From Parcubacteria group bacterium (GTDB taxonomy: Bacteria > Patescibacteriota > Minisyncoccia > Phycocordibacterales > Phycocordibacteraceae): a stretch of 51,755 bases of DNA. The notes under the pieces were generated by a model that made no database searches, had not been told where the DNA came from, and saw only the letters and a list, made by a program, of their open reading frames with translations. The DNA is taken from NCBI GenBank assembly GCA_028286945.1, contig JAQBQR010000028.1, positions 1-51,755 of the forward strand, written 5' to 3'. Shown here in pieces: positions 10,019-18,810 of this stretch; positions within the stretch are counted from its first letter, which is position 1; each line of letters begins with the position of its first letter. The translations under genes were made by a program, and so were the position numbers.

Positions 10019-11017
10019 TTATATAACCTCGAGCACGTATGACGCAGGAGCGTCAGCGATATATTTCTCGAGCTGCTCACGGGTGAGAAGGCCTCGCTGT
10101 GCACCAATGTCCTGCACCACCGACATGGAGTTAATGGGACCCCAGAGTAGTGCTTCTTCAAGCGGCTTTCCAAGAGCGAGTGCTGCAACAACGGTAGATG
10201 CGAAGGCATCGCCAGCACCGGTGCGTTCAAATGGCTTGCGCGCATCAGGATACATCGGGATCTTCCACGACGTAGTGCCGTCATATGCATATGCGCCATT
10301 TGTTCCATCCGTAATAACCACAATCTTTGGTCCAAGAGCGCGCATGCCCGTGAGGAGGTCCTTGATTGATGGCACTGCCGTGAATTTCAAAATGTGTTCT
10401 GCCTCTTCTTTGTTGCAAAAGAATATTTCTGAAGCCGCGTATACATCAGCAAATTCTTTAGCATCTGTCTTAATCTGGAACGTGCCAGGCTGGAAAGCGA
10501 TCTTTATTTCTGGATGCTTTGCAAAAAGCTCCATGAGCGCGTGATAGTAGGGAATTGAATTATCGGCAAGAGATGAGCAGTACACCCAAACAGGAGAGGA
10601 AGAAAGAGTTGGCACTTCATAGTCAAACAATTCGTGCTTGATCAGAATGGTGCGTTCGGTTTGGTACCAAAGCACATAATGGTAGTTCGAAGCCTTGCCT
10701 GGCTGTGTGACCATGTATTCCGTGGAGACCTTTTCATTCTTAAGCACTTCAAGCATTTCTTCACCGTATCGGTCTTCGCCAACATATGCGCGCAGGCCAG
10801 AGTCTAGGCCTAGACGAGCAGCTGAAACGGCAGCATTCGAAGCATTTCCCACAGCAGCTACCACGGTGGCTGATTCGTAGGGGATCTTTTCGCCAAATGC
10901 TAAACAGAGCTGGCATTCTAAAGCTCCTTTTTCACAATGCACCTCAGCTTCGGTTAGACGGATAAACGGTTCAGTGACTATGTCGCCGATGGCAAGGAAA
11001 TCAAGTGGTTGAGACAT
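10019..11017 (-). CDS. PfkB/ribokinase-family carbohydrate kinase
   Basis: GNASNAAVSAARLG, N.EEA, ITDG..GA, ERTGAGDAF. Confidence 0.92.
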   Translation of the reverse strand: MSQPLDFLAIGDIVTEPFIRLTEAEVHCEKGALECQLCLAFGEKIPYESATVVAAVGNASNAAVSAARLGLDSGLRAYVGEDRYGEEMLEVLKNEKVSTEYMVTQPGKASNYHYVLWYQTERTILIKHELFDYEVPTLSSSPVWVYCSSLADNSIPYYHALMELFAKHPEIKIAFQPGTFQIKTDAKEFADVYAASEIFFCNKEEAEHILKFTAVPSIKDLLTGMRALGPKIVVITDGTNGAYAYDGTTSWKIPMYPDARKPFERTGAGDAFASTVVAALALGKPLEEALLWGPINSMSVVQDIGAQRGLLTREQLEKYIADAPASYVLEVI

Positions 11018-11114
11018 ACTCTCATTCTAAGCTCTTGAACCAAGAGCGTCGAGCAAATCACGGTGACGAAGTATGAGGAAATCTTCATGTAGACGTACGT
11101 GATACACTTCCAAC

Positions 11115-12125
11115 ATGATTGATCTTCAAGACGTTGCACATACGCTTTTACGAAGCGGCAAGGGAATTTTGGCAGATGATGAGACTGACGTTCACGCTGA
11201 CAAATGGCTTGCAGCACACGGAATTGAAGGCGGAGAGGAAATGCGTAGGAAGTTTAGAAATCTATTTCTGGCTGCACCTGATAACGAAAAGTATCTTTCG
11301 GGAGTAATTTTATTTGAGGGAACGCTTACACAAAAAGCAGATGACGGAACGCTTTTCACTGAACTCCTTGCGAAAAAAGGAATCCTTCCCGGCATTAAGG
11401 TGGACCAGGGTTTAGAACCATTTCCAGAAGGCGGAAAGGAAACCATAACGAAGGGCTTGATTGGTCTCCCTGAACGTCTTATGGAATTCCGCGCCAAATA
11501 CGGTACCGGATTTGCGAAGTGGCGCGCAGCAATAACCATAGAAGGTACGCAGCTTCCCACTGCACAGGCAATTCATGAAAATGCGAAGCGTCTTGCGCTC
11601 TACGCGCTTGAAGTGCAAAAGGCAGGCATGGTACCCATCGTGGAGCCTGAAGTATTGCTCGAAGGAAATCACAGTCGCCTTCGCGCACGTGAAGTCGTGG
11701 CAGAAACCATCAGTGCTGTTATTTCGAGCCTTGAAGATCAAGGGGTAGATATCACTGGTGTCATCCTTAAAACATCAATGGTGCTTTCTGGAAATAAGAG
11801 CGGAAAAATGGATACGCCCGAAGAAGTGGCTGAAGACACCGTCGGTGTCCTTTTGGAAAATGCACCAAAAGATCTTGCCGGTATTGTTTTTCTTTCAGGC
11901 GGACAATCCACCGAACAGGCCACCGCGAATCTTCGCGCCATCGAAGCACTTGCAAAAGAAAAGAACGCACCCTGGCCGCTCACGTTCTCATACGCTCGAG
12001 CGCTTCAGGATGAAGCGCTCACCATCTGGCAGGGAAAAGATGAAAACATTCCCGCAGCCCGTGAAGCGTTTATTACGCGACTCAAAGAAGACGCCTGCTT
12101 TACGCTCGCTGATTCCGCTTGTTAG
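11115..12125 (+). CDS. Class I (eukaryote-type) fructose-bisphosphate aldolase
   Basis: GKGILADDE, PGIKVDQG, FAKWRA, VPIVEPEV, FLSGGQS, LTFSYARALQ. Confidence 0.93.
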   Translation: MIDLQDVAHTLLRSGKGILADDETDVHADKWLAAHGIEGGEEMRRKFRNLFLAAPDNEKYLSGVILFEGTLTQKADDGTLFTELLAKKGILPGIKVDQGLEPFPEGGKETITKGLIGLPERLMEFRAKYGTGFAKWRAAITIEGTQLPTAQAIHENAKRLALYALEVQKAGMVPIVEPEVLLEGNHSRLRAREVVAETISAVISSLEDQGVDITGVILKTSMVLSGNKSGKMDTPEEVAEDTVGVLLENAPKDLAGIVFLSGGQSTEQATANLRAIEALAKEKNAPWPLTFSYARALQDEALTIWQGKDENIPAAREAFITRLKEDACFTLADSAC

Positions 12126-12176
12126 GTACTGCTCCGGCTCTTCAAGTCGGTTCTGATACAATCAGGGACTATACCT

Positions 12177-13181
12177 ATGCAAAAGCACGAACAAGGAAAG
12201 ACCTCAGTAATGGCTGCGTTAGCCGGGAATGTTTTTATAACGCTCATTAAAACAGTAGCGGCGATTTCAAGCGGTTCGGTGAGTATGTTTGCGGAGAGCG
12301 TGCACAGTTTTGCTGACACGCTTAACCAAGCGTTATTACTGATTGGTATACAACGCTCAAAGAAGCCGGCGGATGATATTCGCGGATATGGATATGGAAT
12401 TGAGCGATTCTTCTGGTCCCTTGTTTCTGCATGTGGCGTACTTTTCATTGGCGCAGGAATTTCTGTCTATCATTCGATTAACTCTTTGCTGCACATAAGT
12501 CATGAGGCTGCTGCCTTCAGCTTGCTCGGTATCATTGTGCTTCTCGTAGCTCTGGTGATTGAAGGAGCGACGTTATGGATTGCACTTACTGAATTGCGTA
12601 ACGGAGAAAAATTCTCACGCGAGCTTTTCCAAGAAGCAGATCCAGTACTGCTCGCTGTTATCTATGAAGACGGAGTGGCGGTCTGCGGTGTGATCTTTGC
12701 ACTCATCGCTCAGGGGGTAACATATTTAACAGGGAATGCAGTATATGACGCAATTGGCGGAATCGCCGTTGGTCTCATTCTGGGCGTGCTTGCAATCATG
12801 CTCATTATAAAGAATCACAAATACATAATAGGGAAGGCTCTCGACGAAGATATCGGTGCAGATATTATTGAGGCCCTTGAACGCGATCCCTGCGTTGAGA
12901 AGGTCATTGAGTTCAAGTCGGCTGCAATTGATGTAAATAAATACCGAATCTTCGCGTCAGTCGAATGGAACGGTTCGCCATTATACGAGGAGATATATGG
13001 GGAAGGTGATCTTCAGGAAGAATTTAACGATATTAAAGATAGTTTTAAGGAGTTCACTAAACTCATGTTTAGGACCACGGACCGTATCCCACGCCTCGTG
13101 GGTAACCGTATTGCGGTGATTGAGAAGAATATTACCGCTGAGTTCCCCCAAATAGCATACGTGGACATAGAGATTAACTAG
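12177..13181 (+). CDS. Cation diffusion facilitator (CDF) family transporter
   Basis: SGSVSMFAESVHSFAD, YGYG.ERFFWS, several TM segments, C-terminal cytoplasmic domain. Confidence 0.9.
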   Translation: MQKHEQGKTSVMAALAGNVFITLIKTVAAISSGSVSMFAESVHSFADTLNQALLLIGIQRSKKPADDIRGYGYGIERFFWSLVSACGVLFIGAGISVYHSINSLLHISHEAAAFSLLGIIVLLVALVIEGATLWIALTELRNGEKFSRELFQEADPVLLAVIYEDGVAVCGVIFALIAQGVTYLTGNAVYDAIGGIAVGLILGVLAIMLIIKNHKYIIGKALDEDIGADIIEALERDPCVEKVIEFKSAAIDVNKYRIFASVEWNGSPLYEEIYGEGDLQEEFNDIKDSFKEFTKLMFRTTDRIPRLVGNRIAVIEKNITAEFPQIAYVDIEIN

Positions 13182-13239
13182 ATTTAGCCTCTGCCGGGCA
13201 TTTGCGAAAAGCCCGTATATGGGGCATACTCGACCTACT

Positions 13240-13893
13240 ATGAATACGTTGAATGCAACCAAGCGCACCGAGACCGGAAAGGCCTCACGCACCCTTCTCG
13301 CTACTGGCAAGATGCCGGCTGTTGTCTATGGTCCTAACCAGGAGACAGAGTCGATCACCCTTACCCTTACTGATTTTACTAAAATCCTTCGTGATGAAGG
13401 CGAGTCAACCGTTGTTGAGATCGCTGGACTTGGAACGACCTTCCAGGCACTCATCCAGGAAATTGATCGTGACCCTGTTACGCATCAGCCACGTCACGCT
13501 GACTTCTACGCTATTAAGAAAGGCGCAAAGGTTACCGTTTCTGTCCCACTTTCATTCATCGGCGAAGCTGGTGCTACGAAGCTTGGTGCAAGTATCGTGA
13601 AAGTTATGCACGAACTTGAAGTTGAAGCAGATCCTTCAAAACTTCCTCACGAAATTGAAATTGATCTTGAGGTACTTGAGAACATTGGTGACCAAATTCA
13701 TGTTAAGGACGTGAAGCTTCCTGCAGGAGTTGTTGCAACTCTCGACGGTGAAGAAGTGGTGGTTCTTGCTCAGACAACTCAGGAAGAGCCTGAAGAGGAT
13801 GCCGGCGCTCCAGACATGGACGCAATTGAGGTAGAGCAGAAAGGTAAGGAAGACGGTGAAGAAGGCGACGCAGAAGAGAAGTCAGGAGAGTAA
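13240..13893 (+). CDS. rplY: 50S ribosomal protein L25/Ctc
   Basis: GKMPAVVYG, DRDPVTHQPRHADFY, LPHEIEID, IHVKD; acidic tail. Confidence 0.93.
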   Translation: MNTLNATKRTETGKASRTLLATGKMPAVVYGPNQETESITLTLTDFTKILRDEGESTVVEIAGLGTTFQALIQEIDRDPVTHQPRHADFYAIKKGAKVTVSVPLSFIGEAGATKLGASIVKVMHELEVEADPSKLPHEIEIDLEVLENIGDQIHVKDVKLPAGVVATLDGEEVVVLAQTTQEEPEEDAGAPDMDAIEVEQKGKEDGEEGDAEEKSGE

Positions 13894-13908
13894 TACTTTT
13901 GAAGTAAC

Positions 13909-13940
13909 GCAAAAACCGCCGAAAGGCGGTTTTTGCTTTT
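13909..13940 (+). terminator. Intrinsic terminator after rplY
   Basis: GCAAAAACCGCC-GAAA-GGCGGTTTTTGC followed by TTTT. Confidence 0.85.
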
Positions 13941-14015
13941 ATGCTCACCTTTTCTTTTGCGTACGCGTAACATTCTCCGGTCGCCAGCGTCTCAAATGGT
14001 ATACTGTCCTTCTGT

Positions 14016-15404
14016 ATGGTGTTTCAAAAACGTTTATATACCCCTTTGTTTTACCTGGCATTTGCCACACTCCTAACGACCGCAATTTTCATATATCCTC
14101 AGCTTTCTCAGGCACAAACAGCAGATGCCGCTCTGGGTGCACGTCGCGCCGCCCTCCAGGCCCAGCTCGATGACCTTGAAAAACAGATCGCTGCCACACA
14201 GTCCACGCTCACCGGACTTAAGGGTGAAGGACAGTCCATTCAGCGCGATATCAGCATTCTTGACGCGGGTATTAAAAAGTCACAGCTTCAAATTCGCGCG
14301 ACGCAGGTGCAGATTAATGCGCTCGCACAGAATATTGTAGTCCACGCAAATACCATCGGTCAGCTTTCAGGGAACTTGGATAGCGAGCGAGCTTCGCTCG
14401 CTCAGATCCTTCGCAGCACGAATGAGATCGACGACTCTTCATCACTCATTGAAGTGATACTTTCCGCACAAGACGTCTCAACATTCTTTCGCGACTTAGA
14501 CGCATACGTAACGCTTAAGTCTGCGCTTGGTCAGTCTAGCCAGCAACTCATCAACACTCGTGCCGCAGCAGAAACAGAAAAGGACGCGCTCGTAGATCAG
14601 AAGTCACAGCAAGAAAAGCTCGTGGCCATTCAAGCGCAGGAAGAAGCAAGCATTGTGAATCAGCAAGCTCAAAAGAAAGTGCTGCTCGCACAGAACAAGA
14701 ACACTACAGCAAAGTACCAAAGTATTTTTGATACGCAGTCAAAGACCGCGGGACAAATTCGTGCAGAACTCTTCTCGCTCGCCGGTGGTAGCGGACAGAT
14801 CCCCCTTCCAACGGCCATCGCGCTTGCGAAAGCTGCAGGTGCCGCCACCGGCGTTCGCCCCGCGCTCATCCTCGGCATTTTAAAACAAGAAACAAACCTT
14901 GGACAGAATGTGGGGCAGTGTCTCCTTACGAATACACCTAATAAAGGTGACGGAAAGGGAAAGAACACCGGAACACCGTTTGATGGCGTGATGAAGCCAA
15001 CGCGCGACGTTGATCCATTCATGGCGATCACTACTTCGCTTGGCATTGATTGGCAAACGCAGCCCGTGTCATGTCCTCCGTCATATGGATACGGCGGTGC
15101 TATGGGTCCTGGCCAATTCATCCCTTCCACCTGGATGCTGTATACGGATCGCGTAGCTAAGCTCGCTGGACACCCTGGCACTCCCGGAAACCCATGGAAT
15201 AACCTGGATGCCTTTACGGCCACGGCTATGCTTATGGCAGATAACGGCGCTGCGGCACAGACCCAGGACGCTGAACGCATGGCCGCACTTCGCTACTTCG
15301 CTGGATGGGGAAATGCCTCAAACCCTGCATACTCCTTCTATGGCGACGGCGTACTCGGCTTCGCCGCTCAGTTCCAGGTAGATATTGATACGCTGGGCAG
15401 TTAA
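14016..15404 (+). CDS. Secreted coiled-coil protein with C-terminal lytic transglycosylase (MltB/SLT_2-like) domain
   Basis: Signal/TM segment, long coiled coil, ILKQET catalytic Glu, GGAMGPGQFIPSTW, NPWN..DA. Confidence 0.85.
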   Translation: MVFQKRLYTPLFYLAFATLLTTAIFIYPQLSQAQTADAALGARRAALQAQLDDLEKQIAATQSTLTGLKGEGQSIQRDISILDAGIKKSQLQIRATQVQINALAQNIVVHANTIGQLSGNLDSERASLAQILRSTNEIDDSSSLIEVILSAQDVSTFFRDLDAYVTLKSALGQSSQQLINTRAAAETEKDALVDQKSQQEKLVAIQAQEEASIVNQQAQKKVLLAQNKNTTAKYQSIFDTQSKTAGQIRAELFSLAGGSGQIPLPTAIALAKAAGAATGVRPALILGILKQETNLGQNVGQCLLTNTPNKGDGKGKNTGTPFDGVMKPTRDVDPFMAITTSLGIDWQTQPVSCPPSYGYGGAMGPGQFIPSTWMLYTDRVAKLAGHPGTPGNPWNNLDAFTATAMLMADNGAAAQTQDAERMAALRYFAGWGNASNPAYSFYGDGVLGFAAQFQVDIDTLGS

Positions 15405-15417
15405 TAAAAAAGTTCGC

Positions 15418-15831
15418 ATGACGAACGCTCGCTTCCCAGTATCGCGCTCGTACTTCGCCCGATATTATCTAATGGCAATCGGAGGAGCCATAATCAACTT
15501 CGGCTCTTTTTGGGTTTTCTACCATGTTCTTCAGATTTGGTATCTTCTCGCGGCGGTAAGTGCCTTTGCACTTAGATTCTTTTTTAAATTTCTCATCATT
15601 CGCACGTGGCTTTTCCTCGACCCGCACATGTCAGGAACATTTCTCATACACGGCACGTATTTTTTTGTCTTAGAGCTCTCGAGTCTTGCCGTAAGTACAC
15701 TGCTGCTTTTCATCCTGGTCCAAGGTCTAGAACTACCACCGTTCTTGGCCCTCATTGGTATTGTTGCACTAATGAGCGCAGGGAATGCCATGCTTACACG
15801 ACTTTTCTTTCGCCCTAGAGTGAGCGCCTAA
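15418..15831 (+). CDS. GtrA-family small integral membrane protein (putative lipid-linked glycan flippase)
   Basis: FARYYLMAIGGAIINF, WYLLAAVSAF, R.WLF; four-TM pattern. Confidence 0.7.
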   Translation: MTNARFPVSRSYFARYYLMAIGGAIINFGSFWVFYHVLQIWYLLAAVSAFALRFFFKFLIIRTWLFLDPHMSGTFLIHGTYFFVLELSSLAVSTLLLFILVQGLELPPFLALIGIVALMSAGNAMLTRLFFRPRVSA

Positions 15832-15856
15832 GGCCGCGGCTGGTAGTATGGTGAAT

Positions 15857-16360
15857 ATGGAATCCTGGATTTTCACGTCACTTTGGTTCGTCCTTTGGTG
15901 CTGGACGGTAAATCTAAGTCTGAACGCGCTTGGCTATGCAACCCTCCGATTCGCATGGCTGCGTACCCGCGATCGTGCACTCGATGGGCGGGAGGCGTTC
16001 TTTGACCACAAACGATTTCTCGGAGATTCGACAACCTGGGGAGGCCTCATTCTTGTAGCCATACTTGGTCTTATCGGCATGAATATTTGGCCGGGTAGGT
16101 ATCTGTTGCTACTTTCATTCAGCGTATATGCAGGACATGCCCTCGGAAGTTTTATTAAACGTCGTCTCGAACTTCCGCGTGGCGCCTACCTGCCGTTTGT
16201 CGATCATGGCGATTACCTCATTACAGCAGGTGCTGTCGCCTGTGCTCTTGGCATAGTGTCTGGGTGGAGCATTGTGTTTTGGATATTTTTTACGATCGCA
16301 ACAACGCCGCTCGTAACTTCCGCTGCTTTTTATCTACACCTTCGACGCGCACCTTTATAA
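15857..16360 (+). CDS. CDP-archaeol synthase-like (CarS/DUF46) membrane protein
   Basis: LDG....DHKRFLGDSTTWGG, GSFIKRRL..PRG..LPFVDHGD. Start inferred from TGG-TAGTAT 7 nt upstream. Confidence 0.75.
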   Translation: MESWIFTSLWFVLWCWTVNLSLNALGYATLRFAWLRTRDRALDGREAFFDHKRFLGDSTTWGGLILVAILGLIGMNIWPGRYLLLLSFSVYAGHALGSFIKRRLELPRGAYLPFVDHGDYLITAGAVACALGIVSGWSIVFWIFFTIATTPLVTSAAFYLHLRRAPL

Positions 16361-16363
16361 TCT

Positions 16364-17776
16364 ATGTCCTACATCCTCGAACTGCTTAATAGCATCATGA
16401 ATACGGTTACCCTCGGCACGTACCCGGTGCGCCCTTTTTTGCTTCTGGGGTATGGAGTACTTATTATTCTTGCGGCAACAACATTTCCGTACCTCCACAA
16501 AAGAATTTCCATTTCCACTCGCGTGCGCGCAGGGCTAGATCAAAGCCTGCGCATACTCGCGCTCGCTTCGCTCACGCTTCTTTTTCTTATCCCGATAGTA
16601 AGTGAAGTTGCTGTTTTTCATAGCTTCGGCATTCCACAAAGCTCACTCGGCATCTTCTTCGCAGGTGACGAAATAACAAGCACGCGCATCGCTCATAACC
16701 ATTTCGGGAAAACTGCCATTGCTCAATTCTTTGGGTACGGACAATCTTCTATTGTTCAGGCATCTGACACTGGCGCAGCCCTTTTGCCGTATATGCCTGC
16801 GTGGCTGCCGCCCGTAGAGGCAGTGCTCTTCGTCATAGCGTTGCTGTGTTCTCTCTATATTGCCGCTCGCTTTGTTGCGACGATTTTTGGCCGGACAAAT
16901 AAAGCGTGGGCGATGGCGTTGTGCACACTCATCGGATTTCTCATGCTCGAGAAATCACTCGATGGGGGATTTGTAAGTGATGGGGCAGGGATAGCATGTG
17001 TTGCATATGTAATCCTCATATTTTTCCATGCACATTATTTTTACAAAGCAGTACTCTATGCCACGCTCGGATACCTGTGGCTCATTAGTGTCTTATATGT
17101 CACAGGATTCTATAGTCCGCAGTCGTATATTCTCTACACGGCCATACGTTCTGGAGTTCTACTACTTTCTATTTTTGCTCTGTACCGTGTAGCGAAAGGA
17201 AAGCGTGATCAAATGCTATTGCTCCTAGCAATTAGCGCCATTGCAAGTATCGCGATACTTTCCTACACACAAGGGAAATGGGACCGCGCATATCTCCAGA
17301 TGCCACTTACTCCAGGGAGTTCGTACCTGACTGCCTATACTTCGGAACTTCCACCAGCATTTCCTCTGCAAAAAATTGGAACGGTCGGCAATCTTTCTAT
17401 ATATAATCCAATGGATACTCCGTATAAAACCGTTGGCGCAATGGTCGCGGCGTACAGCCTTCCTTATTGGTATCGACCTCTTACTTCAGATGTTCTTCAG
17501 TGTTCAGGCAAAATAACTGCACGTACTGCACGATTTACCATATATTCTTCTGCTCCTCTCCAGAATGTACCTGCTAAACCGGGTGTTTTTGCTGATGCGC
17601 AATTCGTCCCGATGAGCGCAACGCCGAATGGCTGGTATGCATATCAAGCGGAAGTTGCCTATCACCCCTGCATTTCCCGTTATTTAAATGTGATTCAAGA
17701 AACTGTTCATACGGCAGGTTCAGACAGGTTTATCGTATTTGGGTTGACTATTCATTCCCAGGCGACTCCTGAATAG
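16364..17776 (+). CDS. Polytopic membrane protein with C-terminal extracytoplasmic domain, function unknown
   Basis: About 9 hydrophobic segments; starts 3 nt after the CarS-like gene. Confidence 0.7.
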   Translation: MSYILELLNSIMNTVTLGTYPVRPFLLLGYGVLIILAATTFPYLHKRISISTRVRAGLDQSLRILALASLTLLFLIPIVSEVAVFHSFGIPQSSLGIFFAGDEITSTRIAHNHFGKTAIAQFFGYGQSSIVQASDTGAALLPYMPAWLPPVEAVLFVIALLCSLYIAARFVATIFGRTNKAWAMALCTLIGFLMLEKSLDGGFVSDGAGIACVAYVILIFFHAHYFYKAVLYATLGYLWLISVLYVTGFYSPQSYILYTAIRSGVLLLSIFALYRVAKGKRDQMLLLLAISAIASIAILSYTQGKWDRAYLQMPLTPGSSYLTAYTSELPPAFPLQKIGTVGNLSIYNPMDTPYKTVGAMVAAYSLPYWYRPLTSDVLQCSGKITARTARFTIYSSAPLQNVPAKPGVFADAQFVPMSATPNGWYAYQAEVAYHPCISRYLNVIQETVHTAGSDRFIVFGLTIHSQATPE

Positions 17777-17845
17777 GCCCTTAAAACGTGATGGGGATAG
17801 CCCGCAGCAAAGCGTAGCCGGACTGTCATACTGTAAGGTACTAGT

Positions 17846-18805
17846 ATGGATATCACCCAAACCACTACTCCTCCCGCACTAGCTCCCCTCAAGCGCACGC
17901 CACCCCATGCACGACATGTGATCATTGGACTCGTGGTCGGTATCCTTGTCGTCCTTGTGGCGGCAGGATATTGGTTTACCCATAGTGCCATTGGCACATT
18001 CTATGGTGTTGAATACGTTGCCGGTCCGTTTGAAAGCCGCACCGTGTATCAAATTGGACTGAGCGGAGCCCGCGCAATTACGCTGCCTGTTCCGGGAAAA
18101 GTGTTTGACTATGCACGAAACGGAAGCGCTCAAGTGGCGCTGGCAACAGCCACAAATGGGGACGAAGAGGTGTATCGCATTGAGGGTGGCACAGCAAAAA
18201 TGCTTACAAATGACGGAATGATTAAATCCGGTATCGCGCTTTCTGCGGATGGAAAAACTATTGCGTACGCGGAGCGCATAACGTCTGCAACATCTACGGA
18301 CCCAAATGCCTTCTATGAACCAAATAATTGGACGGTGCAATTGATCGACACTACGTCCTCTAAGCCTCGGACGATAGGTATCGGATACGGACCACAGTTC
18401 TTCGTACAGAATGGTTCGTTGCATCTTTTGTATACCTCAAGCGCTGCTATTCATCTCGCTGATCTTGTAACTAATACCCACCAAGACATCCCCGTATCAC
18501 TTGCTTCTCGAAAAGGTTTTCGTACAAGTATAGTCTCGGCAGACGGGACCTATCTAATCCTGCCTGACGTTGCCGCGGGATACGCACTCTACACGCTCAC
18601 ATTCCAAGGTGGACTCGCCACGTTCGCACCCGTCGGCCCGCTTCCTTCTAAAACGAGTGCGGTTGCTTTCAAAGGGAATACGATACTAAGTGTTTCAGAC
18701 GACGGAGTTCATTCGCTCTTCCGCACTTCGCTTCCTGAAACTCCTTCGCGTATCGTAAAGGCTCGCCTTGAACCTTTGAACGTTATATTCAAACTGGTAC
18801 CATAA
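17846..18805 (+). CDS. Membrane-anchored TolB-like beta-propeller protein (pair 1)
   Basis: N-terminal TM; LTNDGMIKSGIALSADGKTIAY, VSADGTYL repeats; similar to 23124..24137. Confidence 0.65.
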   Translation: MDITQTTTPPALAPLKRTPPHARHVIIGLVVGILVVLVAAGYWFTHSAIGTFYGVEYVAGPFESRTVYQIGLSGARAITLPVPGKVFDYARNGSAQVALATATNGDEEVYRIEGGTAKMLTNDGMIKSGIALSADGKTIAYAERITSATSTDPNAFYEPNNWTVQLIDTTSSKPRTIGIGYGPQFFVQNGSLHLLYTSSAAIHLADLVTNTHQDIPVSLASRKGFRTSIVSADGTYLILPDVAAGYALYTLTFQGGLATFAPVGPLPSKTSAVAFKGNTILSVSDDGVHSLFRTSLPETPSRIVKARLEPLNVIFKLVP

Positions 18806-18810
18806 TTCGT

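Noticed and set aside
10012-10335. N-terminal extension of the transaldolase ORF given in the ORF track
   Set aside because: It overlaps the PfkB gene in another frame. Homology starts at MKKPTP (10011), which has its own -10.
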